35,854 nt of DNA, from contig JBDKFG010000054.1 in the NCBI GenBank assembly GCA_039798785.1, forward strand, positions 1 through 35,854. The letters run 5' to 3'. This document shows, piece by piece, positions 26,702-35,854 of this stretch. This DNA is from Verrucomicrobiota bacterium (lineage in GTDB: Bacteria; Verrucomicrobiota; Lentisphaeria; Lentisphaerales; Lentisphaeraceae). Each line of letters opens with the position of its first letter. The first letter of the stretch is position 1. The notes under the pieces are model-generated. The model did not search any database and was not told the origin of the DNA. It was given only the letters and a program-made list of their open reading frames with translations. The position numbers and the translations under genes are program-made.

Positions 26702-28111
26702 ATGCCCAATCTGCTCAAGATCAAAGCGAAATTCACCCCCGAGATCGACCCAGGCTTCGTCCCGGCCCCGCTGTGGAACAAAGCCTATCGCGAGCTCGCC
26801 GCCAGCACTCCCGGCGCCGCCCCGCTCGCCATCGGCCTGTCGCGTCCCGACGGCACCGCCTCGGTCTTCCGCACCGTCAGCCTGCCGCACCACGGCGAAC
26901 ACGCCGCCCTCAACGTCACCTATGTCGAGCGCATCGTCAAGTTCCTCCTCTGGGCCCGCGGCGGCAACAAGGTCTACCTCTCCGGCCCCAACGCCGAAGG
27001 CATCGCCGCCGAACTTCGCCGCATCTATTCCGACAAGGGCGAGCGCGCCTTCGACGTCGATTTCACCCGCAAGCTCTTCCAGACCGAGATCGACTTCCTC
27101 GTCGTCGCCGAGAAGGACCTGCCGAAGGAGTCCACCTCGCACCTCCCCCTCGGCCGCAACCTCGACGGCGTCCGCATCGGCTTCGACCTCGGCGGCTCCG
27201 ACCGCAAATGCGCCCTCCTCGTCGACGGCAAGGTGGTCTTCTCCGAGGAAGTCAAATGGGACCCCTACTTCCAGAAGGACCCCTCCTACCAGTTCGACGG
27301 CATCATGCACTCGCTGAAGATCGCCGCCGAGCACTGCCCGCCCGGCCGCAAGGTCCAGGCGATCGGCGGCTCCTCCGCCGGCGTCTACATCAACAACGAA
27401 ATCGGCCCTGCCTCGCTCTTCCGCGGCATCACCGACCCGAAGGTCTACGCCGAAGTCGTCCGCCCGATGTTCAAGCGCGTCCAGAAGGAATGGGGCGGCA
27501 TCCCCCTCGAAGTGATCAACGACGGCGACGTCACCGCGCTGGCCGCCTCGATGAGCCTGGAAGTCAACGGCGTCCTCGGCATCGCCATGGGCACCTCGGT
27601 CGCCGCCGGCTATGTCGACACCCAGGGCCGCATGACCAACTGGCTCAGCGAACTCGCCTTCGTCCCCTTCGACTACCGCGACCAAGGCCCCGCCGACGAA
27701 TGGTCCGGCGACCGCGGCTGCGGCGTCCAGTACTTCTCGCAGCAGGGTGTCGGCCGCCTCCTCCCCCTCGCCGGCATCCAGCTGCCCGACGAGATGCGCC
27801 TGCCCGAGAAGCTCGAGGAGCTGCAGAAGCTGATGAAGGAAGGCGACGCCCGTGCCGTCAAGGTCTACGAAGCGATCGGCGTCTGCTTCGGCTACTACCT
27901 CGCCCACCTCGCCGAGTTCTACGACTATGAGCATCTGCTGATCATGGGCCGCGTCACCACCGGCAAGGGTGGCGACATCATCATCGACAAGGCCCGCCAG
28001 GTCCTGAAGGTCGAGTTCCCCGCCCTAGACATCAAGCTCACCGTTCCGGACGAGAAGAGCAAGCGCCACGGCCAGGCCGTCGCCGCCGCCTCCCTCCCCA
28101 AGATCGGCTGA
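26702..28111 (+). CDS. ROK family protein with an extended N-terminal domain
   Basis: Motifs IGFDLGGSD.K, NDGDVTALA, GIAMGTS.AAGY and ELAF. Confidence 0.88.
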   Translation: MPNLLKIKAKFTPEIDPGFVPAPLWNKAYRELAASTPGAAPLAIGLSRPDGTASVFRTVSLPHHGEHAALNVTYVERIVKFLLWARGGNKVYLSGPNAEGIAAELRRIYSDKGERAFDVDFTRKLFQTEIDFLVVAEKDLPKESTSHLPLGRNLDGVRIGFDLGGSDRKCALLVDGKVVFSEEVKWDPYFQKDPSYQFDGIMHSLKIAAEHCPPGRKVQAIGGSSAGVYINNEIGPASLFRGITDPKVYAEVVRPMFKRVQKEWGGIPLEVINDGDVTALAASMSLEVNGVLGIAMGTSVAAGYVDTQGRMTNWLSELAFVPFDYRDQGPADEWSGDRGCGVQYFSQQGVGRLLPLAGIQLPDEMRLPEKLEELQKLMKEGDARAVKVYEAIGVCFGYYLAHLAEFYDYEHLLIMGRVTTGKGGDIIIDKARQVLKVEFPALDIKLTVPDEKSKRHGQAVAAASLPKIG

Positions 28112-28132
28112 CTGAACTGCCCGCATGGGATT

Positions 28133-28165
28133 GCGGCCGCGGCCCCCGTGCCGCGGCCGTTTTTT
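28133..28165 (+). terminator. Intrinsic terminator after the ROK gene
   Basis: gcggccgcggc...gccgcggccgt stem followed by a T run. Confidence 0.8.
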
Positions 28166-28239
28166 CTGGCTCGCCCCCCGCCACGGCAAAAGCCCCTTCA
28201 CGAGTTAGACTGTCGCCGGAAAAAACGGATTGCTCTCCC

Positions 28240-30447
28240 ATGATCGCCAAAGTCCTGCCCGACATCTCCCTCGACCGGGAGTTCGACTACCTCGTCCCGC
28301 CTGAGTTGGCGGAGCGGGTGAAGCCAGGCTGCCGGGTCAGCGTCGGCTTCGGCAAACAACAGCTCAGCGGCTGGGTCGTGGCGCTCAGTGACACCAGCGA
28401 CTGCCCGCCTCACAAACTCAAGCCGCTGACCACTTGCACCGAGCAATATCTCCCCGAAACGCTGCTGAAACTGGCGGAATGGATCTCGGAATATTATTGC
28501 GCCTCCCGCACCGCCTCGCTGCGCAGCTTCCTGCCCGCGCCGGTGCGGGCCGAAGGCGCCGGCCCGAAGGTCCAGCGGGTGCTGCAACTGGCGCCGGAAA
28601 TCCACCCCGCCGACTTGATCGCCGAACTCGGCGACAAACATCCCCAGCAGGCCGCCATCATCCGCGAACTGCAGCTCCGCCACGAAGCCACAGCCGCCGC
28701 CCTCGCCCGCGCCGCCAAGTGCAGCGCCGCACCGGTCAACACCATGCTCGAAAAGAAATGGCTTGTCGCCGTCGAGGTCGAGGTCGAACGCGACCCCTTC
28801 TCCGGCGAGCGCCTGGTGCCGACACAGCCGCTCATCTTGACCCCGGAGCAGAAGGAGGCTCTCGACATCACCCTGGCCGAAATGGCCTCGCCCGAACCTC
28901 TGCCGGTCCTGTGCTATGGCATCACCGGCTGCGGCAAGACCGAGATCTACCTGCAAGCCATCGCCGCCTGCCTCGAACAAGGCAGACAGGCGATCGTCCT
29001 GGTGCCGGAGATCTCGCTGACGCCACAGACGACGCAGCGCTTCCGCGCCCGTTTCGGCGACAAGGTGAGCGTCCTGCATTCGCGCCTCTCCGACGGCGAG
29101 CGATTCGACCAGTGGATGAAGATCCATCGCGGCCAGGTGCAGATCGCCGTCGGCGCCCGCAGCGCCCTGTTTTCCCCCTTCCGCAATCTCGGCCTGATCG
29201 TCGTCGACGAAGAGCACGAACCCTCCTACAAGCAAGGCGAGGCGCCCCGCTACCACGCCCGCGACGTCGCGGTGATGCGCGGCCGCTTCGACAAATGCGC
29301 CGTCCTCCTCGGCACCGCCACCCCCTCCTTCGAGTCCTTCGCCAACGCCCGCCGCGGCAAGTACAAGCTCGCCACCATCCGGCAACGCGCCGACAACGCC
29401 GCCCTGCCGCAGATGAAGCTGATCGACATGCGCCTCGAGAAGGCGGTCCAAGGCCAGGCGCAGATCTTCTCCAAGCCTCTGGTCGACGCCATCTACCAGA
29501 ATCTCAACGAGAAGATGCAGACCATCCTCTTCCTCAACCGCCGCGGCTTCGCGACGCAGCTGCAATGCACGGTCTGCGGCTTCGTCGCCGAGTGCCCCGC
29601 CTGCAGCCTGAAGCTGACCTATCACCGCGACAAATGCACCCTCGCCTGCCACCTCTGCGGCGAAGTGCAGCGCGCTCCCGACAAGTGCCCGAAATGCAGC
29701 GACCCGGCGATCCGCTACTCCGGCCTCGGCACCGAGAAGATCGAGTCGCTGGTGCAGAAGCTCGCCCCCTCGGCCCGCATCGTCCGGATGGATTCCGACA
29801 CCATGACCGGCAAGGACTCGCACAAGAAAACCCTCGACGCCTTCCAGGCCCATGAGTACGACATCCTCATCGGCACCCAGATGATCGCCAAGGGTCTGCA
29901 TTTCCCCAAGGTCACCCTCGTCGGCGTCGTCTTCGCCGACATGTCGCTCAACATCCCCGACTTCCGCGCCGCCGAGCGCACCTTCCAGCTCCTCGTCCAG
30001 GTCTCCGGCCGCTCCGGCCGCGGCTCCGACGCCGGCCGCGTCCTGGTCCAGTCGTACACGCCCTTCCACCACGCCCTGCAGGCCTCGATGACGGCCGATT
30101 ACGACGCCTTCTACAACGAAGAGATCGCCGGCCGCGAGGCCTTGAGCTTCCCTCCCTTCGCCCAGATGGCGATCGTCCATTTCCGCGGGCCCGACGCCCA
30201 GGCCCTGCAGGATTGCGCCAGCCGTTTTCACGAGCTGGTGGCACCGCACCTCGGCGAAGGCGACCGCCTGATGCCGGCCCTGCCCTCGCCGCTGGCGCGG
30301 GCCAAGAACCTCTTCCGCTTCCAGGTGTCGGTCTTCACCCCCAGGATGCTCCGCACCGGCCGCATCCTCCGCGCCGCACTGGCCCGCTGCGGCCTGCCCA
30401 AGGATTGCGACGCCTACATCGACATCGACGCCCAGTCCCTCGGCTGA
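28240..30447 (+). CDS. priA: Primosomal protein N' (replication restart helicase)
   Basis: Walker A GITGCGKTE.Y, LVPEISLTPQ, VDEEHE.SYKQ, LFLNRRGF, four CxxC motifs and GTQMIAKGLHFP.V. Confidence 0.98.
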   Translation: MIAKVLPDISLDREFDYLVPPELAERVKPGCRVSVGFGKQQLSGWVVALSDTSDCPPHKLKPLTTCTEQYLPETLLKLAEWISEYYCASRTASLRSFLPAPVRAEGAGPKVQRVLQLAPEIHPADLIAELGDKHPQQAAIIRELQLRHEATAAALARAAKCSAAPVNTMLEKKWLVAVEVEVERDPFSGERLVPTQPLILTPEQKEALDITLAEMASPEPLPVLCYGITGCGKTEIYLQAIAACLEQGRQAIVLVPEISLTPQTTQRFRARFGDKVSVLHSRLSDGERFDQWMKIHRGQVQIAVGARSALFSPFRNLGLIVVDEEHEPSYKQGEAPRYHARDVAVMRGRFDKCAVLLGTATPSFESFANARRGKYKLATIRQRADNAALPQMKLIDMRLEKAVQGQAQIFSKPLVDAIYQNLNEKMQTILFLNRRGFATQLQCTVCGFVAECPACSLKLTYHRDKCTLACHLCGEVQRAPDKCPKCSDPAIRYSGLGTEKIESLVQKLAPSARIVRMDSDTMTGKDSHKKTLDAFQAHEYDILIGTQMIAKGLHFPKVTLVGVVFADMSLNIPDFRAAERTFQLLVQVSGRSGRGSDAGRVLVQSYTPFHHALQASMTADYDAFYNEEIAGREALSFPPFAQMAIVHFRGPDAQALQDCASRFHELVAPHLGEGDRLMPALPSPLARAKNLFRFQVSVFTPRMLRTGRILRAALARCGLPKDCDAYIDIDAQSLG

Positions 30448-30478
30448 GCCGTTTTTTTCGACCCGTCTCACTTCTCAC

Positions 30479-30514
30479 TCGAGCTTGAGAATCACAGCTG
30501 GGGAGTCAGGGAAC
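30479..30514 (+). repeat. Dispersed intergenic repeat, copy 1 (copy 2 at 33994-34030)
   Basis: tcgagcttgagaatcacagctggggagtcagggaac versus tcgagtttcaggatcacagcttagagggtcagggaac. Confidence 0.6.
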
Positions 30515-30676
30515 TGCTGAGGTGTGCTTCGACCTCCCCACCCTCCTCCTCCCCAACTCCTCATCCCGACCTGGGAAATGCGGCTTCATCCTGATCGCAA
30601 GCGGCGGGCGGCTGTAGATTGCCTGCCCACCCATCCGCGTCTCAGGCGCAATCAACCTCAATCTTCCTGGAATCGC

Positions 30677-31771
30677 ATGATCTTCCCTGACTGGTTCGCC
30701 GCCGAATTGTTTGCCGCGCTGGAGCTGCGTTCCGGCGACGAAGCCCGCCCCGAGATCCTCGAGGCCCTGCACCGCCTCAACCGGGCCTATCTGAGCGAGA
30801 CCCCCGCCGCCGCAGGCTGGGACCAGAAAGGGACCCACAAGGCCTACGCCCTCTTCTACATGACCCAGAACATGCCCAAGCTCGGCTTCGTGCTCGACCG
30901 CGCGCCGCCGGCGCCGGAACGCCTCGCGGCCGCCGATCTCGGCTGCGGGCCAGGCACCCTGCTCTGGGCCCTCGCCCTGCGCGAAGCCGCGGCCGGACGG
31001 CCGGTGCCCAAGCTGCACGGCGTCGACAGCGACCCGCAGATGCTTGAAATCGCCGACAGGATCTGGTCGCGCCTGCGCCGCCGCCTCTCCCTTCCCGCCG
31101 AGCACCTCAGCCTCGAGCAGGGCGACTGGCGGCAGCGCCTCGACCTGCCGGCAGCCACCCTGATGCTCGGCAACACCCTGGTCGAAGCCGGCATCCCCGA
31201 TGCCGAACTCCTCGCCGCCCTGAAGTGCCGCGAGCTGATCCTGATCGAACCTGGGACATCGCGCCATTTCCGCCGCCTTCTCGAGCTCCGCCGCCAGCTC
31301 AGCGGCAGCGGCTGGAGCCTCGGCTTCCCCTGTCCCTCCGCAGGGAAATGCCCGATGCAGGACGGCGGCGACTGGTGCCATTTCCGCATCCACCGCCTCG
31401 GGCTTCCGCACATGCAGCGCATGGCCGCCCTCGCCGGCCGGCAGGATCCGGCCAGCGCCTTCTGCGGCTTCCTCTTCCGCCGCGGCGACACCCAGATACC
31501 CCAAGGCGCCTGGCGCCTCCTTTCGGCTCCCCGCCGGGTGTCGCGCAGCGTCGTCCGCCTCGTTTGCGACGGCAGCAAGGTCGACGAGATCGTCCTCAAC
31601 CGCAAAAGCAAGGAGGTGGGGAACGAGGATTTCCAGAAGTCCGCCGCCGGCAGCCTCGGACTCCTCAGCCCCGCCCCGGCAACCGCTTTCAAGCGCAAGA
31701 GGCTCGATGAAAAGCAGTCCTTCCACACTGTCTATCCGCCAAACTCGGCGGCCGCCGATCTAGCGGATTGA
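30677..31771 (+). CDS. Rsm22/METTL17-family SAM methyltransferase-like protein
   Basis: AYALFY, DLGCGPGT, LILIEPGT and the Cys motif PCP....CPM.....WCHF...C. The start was placed at ATG 30677, where the GC3 bias begins. Confidence 0.85.
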   Translation: MIFPDWFAAELFAALELRSGDEARPEILEALHRLNRAYLSETPAAAGWDQKGTHKAYALFYMTQNMPKLGFVLDRAPPAPERLAAADLGCGPGTLLWALALREAAAGRPVPKLHGVDSDPQMLEIADRIWSRLRRRLSLPAEHLSLEQGDWRQRLDLPAATLMLGNTLVEAGIPDAELLAALKCRELILIEPGTSRHFRRLLELRRQLSGSGWSLGFPCPSAGKCPMQDGGDWCHFRIHRLGLPHMQRMAALAGRQDPASAFCGFLFRRGDTQIPQGAWRLLSAPRRVSRSVVRLVCDGSKVDEIVLNRKSKEVGNEDFQKSAAGSLGLLSPAPATAFKRKRLDEKQSFHTVYPPNSAAADLAD

Positions 31772-31816
31772 TCGGAACGCCGTAAGTTTCCCTTCATCAA
31801 AACGACAGATTTGGCA

Positions 31817-32731
31817 ATGTTAGCGATTTACCGAGATCACAACTGGAAAGCTTGGGGCCGCCTGATGCGGATCCCCAACCTCGCCACCATTCCAGGCGAC
31901 ATCCTTCTGGGTTCCGCCTGCGTTCTGGCCTGGGCGGATTTCCATCCCGGCCGCTTCGTCCTCCTCTGCCTGATCTCGGCCTGCCTCTATTGCGCCGGGC
32001 TGGTCCTCAACGACATCGTCGACTATCACGAAGACCTTTCCGAGCGCCCGGAACGCCCTCTTCCTTCGGGCGAGATCAGCGTCGAGCAGGCCCAGGCCTG
32101 CTGCGGCCTGCTTTTCGGCGTCGGCATCTGCCTGTCCGCCTGGGTCGGCCAGGACTTCACCACCCTCAAGGTGGCGCTTCTCCTCGTCCTGATGATCCTG
32201 CTCTACAATGGCCCGGCACGGCGCGTCCCGGCCCTCGGCTTCCTGGCGATGGGCAGCTGCCGCGGCCTGAACATCGTTCTCGGCGCCTCCTGCTGCCTCG
32301 CCGCCACCGGCAACCTCCTCATCGCCGCCATCGCCGAGACGCTTTTCGTCGCCGCCATCTGCGTCATCGCCAAAGACGAGACCGGCGGCCTGCCGGAGCG
32401 CCACTGGTGCATGATGCCCTTCAACATCGCCGCCGCGGCCTGTCTCTTCCTCTTCCTCAGCAGCCTCGGCGGCGGCCGCGGCCTGCCCAGCCCCTCGCTG
32501 ATCGCCGGCGGCCTCCTCTGCCTGCTCCTCTTCTACCGCTGCAGCTCGCTCAATCCTCGCCTTCCGGTCCGGGAAATTCCGGCCCAGGTCGGCGCCCTGG
32601 TTAGGAACATCGGCCTGCTGGCGATTGTCTTCACCATCATCGTCAACCCCGCCTACCTACCGGCGGCCCTCGGCGCCCTCCTCCTCTTCCCCTTCGCCGC
32701 ACGCCTCTCCAAATCCTTCAAATCGAGCTGA
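31817..32731 (+). CDS. eboC: UbiA-family prenyltransferase, EboC-like
   Basis: RLMR.PNL.T...DIL.G, LY.AG.VLND..D...D..ERPERPLPSG.I and MG.CRGLN..LG, with multiple TM helices. Confidence 0.8.
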   Translation: MLAIYRDHNWKAWGRLMRIPNLATIPGDILLGSACVLAWADFHPGRFVLLCLISACLYCAGLVLNDIVDYHEDLSERPERPLPSGEISVEQAQACCGLLFGVGICLSAWVGQDFTTLKVALLLVLMILLYNGPARRVPALGFLAMGSCRGLNIVLGASCCLAATGNLLIAAIAETLFVAAICVIAKDETGGLPERHWCMMPFNIAAAACLFLFLSSLGGGRGLPSPSLIAGGLLCLLLFYRCSSLNPRLPVREIPAQVGALVRNIGLLAIVFTIIVNPAYLPAALGALLLFPFAARLSKSFKSS

Positions 32732-32762
32732 GACGCACTCCGCCCAAACCCCCGGCCCTCCC

Positions 32763-33899
32763 GTGAAAATCACCCGCAAATTCAGCGTCGAGTATGATCA
32801 CCGCCTGGTCTTCACCCGCGATGTCTTCGGCCCTGCCAACGAAGAGCTCGCCCATCTCCTCGGCGACCAGCCGGCGCGCCTCTTCGTCTTCATCGACTCA
32901 GGCCTCGCCGAGGCCGACCAGGAGTTGGAGGATCGCATCGCCAAGTGGATCGCCCGCCACCCCTCCCTGAAACTCGAAGGCGTCTGCATCGTCCCCGGGG
33001 GCGAAGCCTGCAAACGCGATCTCTCGGTGGTCACCGAGTGCGTCCACAAACTTCTCGCCGCCAAGCTCTGCCGCCATAGCTTCGCCTTGATCATCGGCGG
33101 CGGCGCCGTGCTCGACGCGGTAGGCCTCGCCTGCACCCTCTTCCACCGCGGCCTCAACCAGATCCGCCTCCCCAGCACCCTCCTCGCCCAGGACGACTCC
33201 GGCGTCGGCGTCAAGAACGCCGTCAACCTCTTCGGCGTCAAGAACCTCGTCGGCACCTTCTCGCCCCCCTGGGCGGTGATCAATGACGCCGCCTTCCTCG
33301 ACCACCTCGGGCCACGCCAGATCCGCGCCGGCGCTGCCGAAGCCTTCAAAGTCGCCTTGATCAAGGACGCCGACTTCTTCGCCCGCATCGAGGAGCTCGC
33401 CCCCTTGATCGTCCACCAGTCGCCCCAGGCTCTCGAAGAGCTCGCCCGACGCGCCGCCATCCTGCACATGGATCACATCTGCTTCAACGGCGACCCCTTC
33501 GAAAAAGGCTCCTCCCGCCCTCTCGACTTCGGTCACTGGTCGGCTCACTGCCTCGAAGTCCTCAGCGAACACTCCCTGCTCCACGGCGAGGCCGTCGCCA
33601 TCGGCATGGCCATAGACCTCCATATCGCCGCAGACCTCGGCCTCCTCCCTCTGCATGACCGCGATCGCGCCCTCACGCTTCTCAGCTCCCTCGGCTACCA
33701 GCTCTGGCACCCCGCCCTGACTTTCCGCGACGAATCGGGAAAACTCAAAATCCTGAAAGGCCTGAGCGACTTCCAGGAACACCTCGGCGGCCAACTCACC
33801 GTCGCCATGCCGATCGCCATAGGGCATGTCATCGACATCAACGAGATCCCGGTCGCAGCCGTCGAACGCGCCGTCGCCGCTCTCGCCAGCAAATTCTGA
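32763..33899 (+). CDS. eboD: 3-dehydroquinate synthase-like sugar-phosphate cyclase, EboD-like
   Basis: PGGEACK, IGGGAVLD.VG, R.P.T.LAQ.DSGVGVKN, EA.KVALIKD, GDPFE.GS.RPLDFGHW.AH and L.HGEAVAIG. GTG start at 32763, directly after the eboC-like gene. Confidence 0.85.
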   Translation: MKITRKFSVEYDHRLVFTRDVFGPANEELAHLLGDQPARLFVFIDSGLAEADQELEDRIAKWIARHPSLKLEGVCIVPGGEACKRDLSVVTECVHKLLAAKLCRHSFALIIGGGAVLDAVGLACTLFHRGLNQIRLPSTLLAQDDSGVGVKNAVNLFGVKNLVGTFSPPWAVINDAAFLDHLGPRQIRAGAAEAFKVALIKDADFFARIEELAPLIVHQSPQALEELARRAAILHMDHICFNGDPFEKGSSRPLDFGHWSAHCLEVLSEHSLLHGEAVAIGMAIDLHIAADLGLLPLHDRDRALTLLSSLGYQLWHPALTFRDESGKLKILKGLSDFQEHLGGQLTVAMPIAIGHVIDINEIPVAAVERAVAALASKF

Positions 33900-33993
33900 G
33901 GCCTGAACCCTCCCCCATCCAGGATCCGCACGAGTCATGCAGAGGCCCCCTTGCGAAAAGATCCATGGCTGGATTGATTACGGCCTGTCTCGG

Positions 33994-34030
33994 TCGAGTT
34001 TCAGGATCACAGCTTAGAGGGTCAGGGAAC
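33994..34030 (+). repeat. Dispersed intergenic repeat, copy 2
   Basis: Similar to 30479-30514 and in the same orientation. Confidence 0.6.
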
Positions 34031-34064
34031 AGGGGATTAACCTGAATTCCGCAATAGTGGATGG

Positions 34065-34250
34065 AACCGGTTTGAAAGGTTGGAAGGTTGAAAGACTAAC
34101 GCATGAACAACAGCGACAAATGACGATTCAAGTTCGACCTGCATGACTGCCAGTCGCAGGATTTGCCGAGCGAACTCGAACACCATAACCTCTTGCTGTT
34201 GTAGCTGATCCTTTTCAACCTTTGAACCTTCCAACTTTTCAACTGCGGTT
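34065..34250. repeat. Inverted octamer tandem-repeat arrays flanking a ~117-bp spacer
   Basis: Left arm ttgaaagg ttggaagg ttgaaag (34072-34094); right arm ttttcaac ctttgaac cttccaac ttttcaac (34212-34243). Confidence 0.8.
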
Positions 34251-34441
34251 TTTAGGATTAAGGGAGTGCTTTGACTCCCCCAACTCCCTATGGTTAGTTT
34301 AAGCTTGCTCGACTGCTCTAAATCCAAAGAACAGTGAGTAGGGAGTGAGGATCTCCTCTGTTGACTACCCACACCCTAGGCACACGGGCATCCCACAGAA
34401 GGCAACAACCAAGAAAGATGGCTTGCATAGACCGAATTTTC

Positions 34442-34470
34442 TTGCTTTTGACTCCTGATTCCAGTATGCT
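34442..34470 (+). promoter_or_regulatory. Sigma70-type promoter for the surface-protein gene
   Basis: TTGCTT, a 17-bp spacer, then TATGCT. Confidence 0.55.
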
Positions 34471-34515
34471 GATCCTGTCATGCGCACAACAACCCGCAGT
34501 TACAGGATATGTCTA

Positions 34516-35854
34516 ATGCCCGCCAACAAGCTCCCCACCGGCTCCGTCACCATCTCAGGCAACAAGATCCAAGGTCAGACACTGACCGCTTCCAACACTT
34601 TAGCGGACGCCGATGGCCTAGGAGTCATCACCTACACATGGAAGGACAATCTCGGCAACATCCTCGGCAGCGGCAGCACACTGCTTCTCACTCAAGGCCA
34701 AGTCGGCCGGACGATCACCGTCACCGCATCCTACCGTGACGGAAGAGGCAATCAGGAGTCGAAGACTTCCGCAGCGACCACCGCCATCGCCAACCTCAAT
34801 GATCTCGGCAATGTCAGCCTCAGTGGCCTCGCCACGCAAGGAGAAAGCCTCACAGCCAACGTCAGCGACATCGATGGCCTGCCCACCACCATCAACTACC
34901 AGTGGAAGGCTGATGGCATCAACATCAACGGCGCATACGCCAAAACCTTGATCATCAGCGAAGCTCAGGTCGGCAAATCCATCACCTGCAGCGTCAGTTA
35001 CACAGATCTTTATGGATCAAGCGAATCGCGGACTTCCAGCCCCACATCAGCTGTGAGCAACGTCAATGATGCCGCCACCGGCACGGTCAGCATCTCCGGC
35101 CTCGCGGCACAAGGTCAAGTCCTCACAGCCTCCAACACCCTCGCCGACGCCGACGGCCTCGGCCCCATCAGCTACACATGGAAAGACGATCTCGGCCACA
35201 CCCTCGGCACCGGTGTAAATCTGCTCCTGACCGAAGCTCAAGTAGGGCGCCAAATCTGCGTGATCGCCAGCTACACCGACGCTCATGGCACAGTAGAATC
35301 CCGCGTCTCGCCAGCCACCACAAGCATCGCCAACGTCAATGACGCCGCCACAGGCTCCGTCAGCATCTCCGGGCTTGCCGAACAAGGTCAAGTCCTCACT
35401 GCCTCCAACACCCTCGCCGACGCCGACGGCCTCGGCCCCATCAGCTACACCTGGCTCGCCGACGGCGCCGCCATCGGCAGCGGCACCAGCTTCACCCTGA
35501 CCCAGAACCAAGTCGGCAAAGCGATCAGCGTCGTCGCTTCGTACACCGACGGCTTCGGCACCGTCGAAAGTGTCACCTCTGCGGCCACCGCGGTTGTTGC
35601 CAACATCAACGACGTGATCTCGACGGCCTCGGCCCCATCAGCTACACCTGGCTCGCCGACGGCGCCGCCATCGGCAGCGGCAGCAGTTTCACCCTGACTC
35701 AAGCGCAAGTCGGCAAAGCCATCAGCGTCGTCGCTTCATACACCGACGGCTTCGACACCGTCGAAAGTGTCACCTCTGCGGCCACCGCGGTTGTTGCCAA
35801 CATCAACGACGTTGTCACCGGCACCGTCACCATCTCCGGGCTTGCCGAACAAGG
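34516..35854 (+). CDS. Large surface/adhesin-type protein with tandem ~90-aa Ig/cadherin-like repeats; frameshifted at ~35616 and truncated by the window end
   Basis: Repeats read ND..TG.V.ISG...QGQ.LTASNTLADADGLG.I.Y.W. The ORF stops at 35697, but the repeats continue in another frame from 35622 to the end. Confidence 0.85.

Noticed and set aside
30524..30676. N-terminal extensions given by the ORF track (also for hemE, bioB, hutC, blc, eboD and the 19187 ORF)
   Set aside because: Downstream starts fit better with SD sequences, signal peptides or family N-termini, and the extensions look non-coding or overlap other genes.
34037..34372. 111-aa minus-strand ORF
   Set aside because: It runs through the inverted repeat arrays, has atypical composition, and contains no recognisable domain.

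Overview
A GC-rich bacterial chromosomal window, probably from the PVC superphylum and most like Lentisphaerae. This is inferred from a prepilin/H-X9-DG protein, QW-repeat 'prenyltransferase/squalene oxidase' proteins and a Zn-ribbon Ser/Thr kinase. The left ~3.8 kb is an accessory block: a nested repeat array encoding small signal-peptide ORFs with an antisense-oriented terminator, then two AT-richer genes (an ankyrin-like lipoprotein and a QW-repeat protein) and a decayed type I restriction hsdR fragment. Next come a LysR regulator facing a prepilin-type gene across a LysR box, an EF-hand protein, a probable 6S RNA, and a cfa/ybgA/lipocalin cluster. The middle holds a membrane pseudokinase with four Zn ribbons, SUI1/YciH, an orphan periplasmic adaptor paired with a second QW-repeat protein, hemE, bioB, and hutC with its own operator. 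The right part holds acpS, a GT4 glycosyltransferase, RidA-PspC-ROK genes, priA, an Rsm22-like gene, an eboC-eboD pair and a repeat-rich surface protein that is frameshifted by an internal deletion and runs off the window end. I saw no rRNA, tRNA, CRISPR array, integrase or transposase. All calls come from reading motifs by eye; no searches were run.
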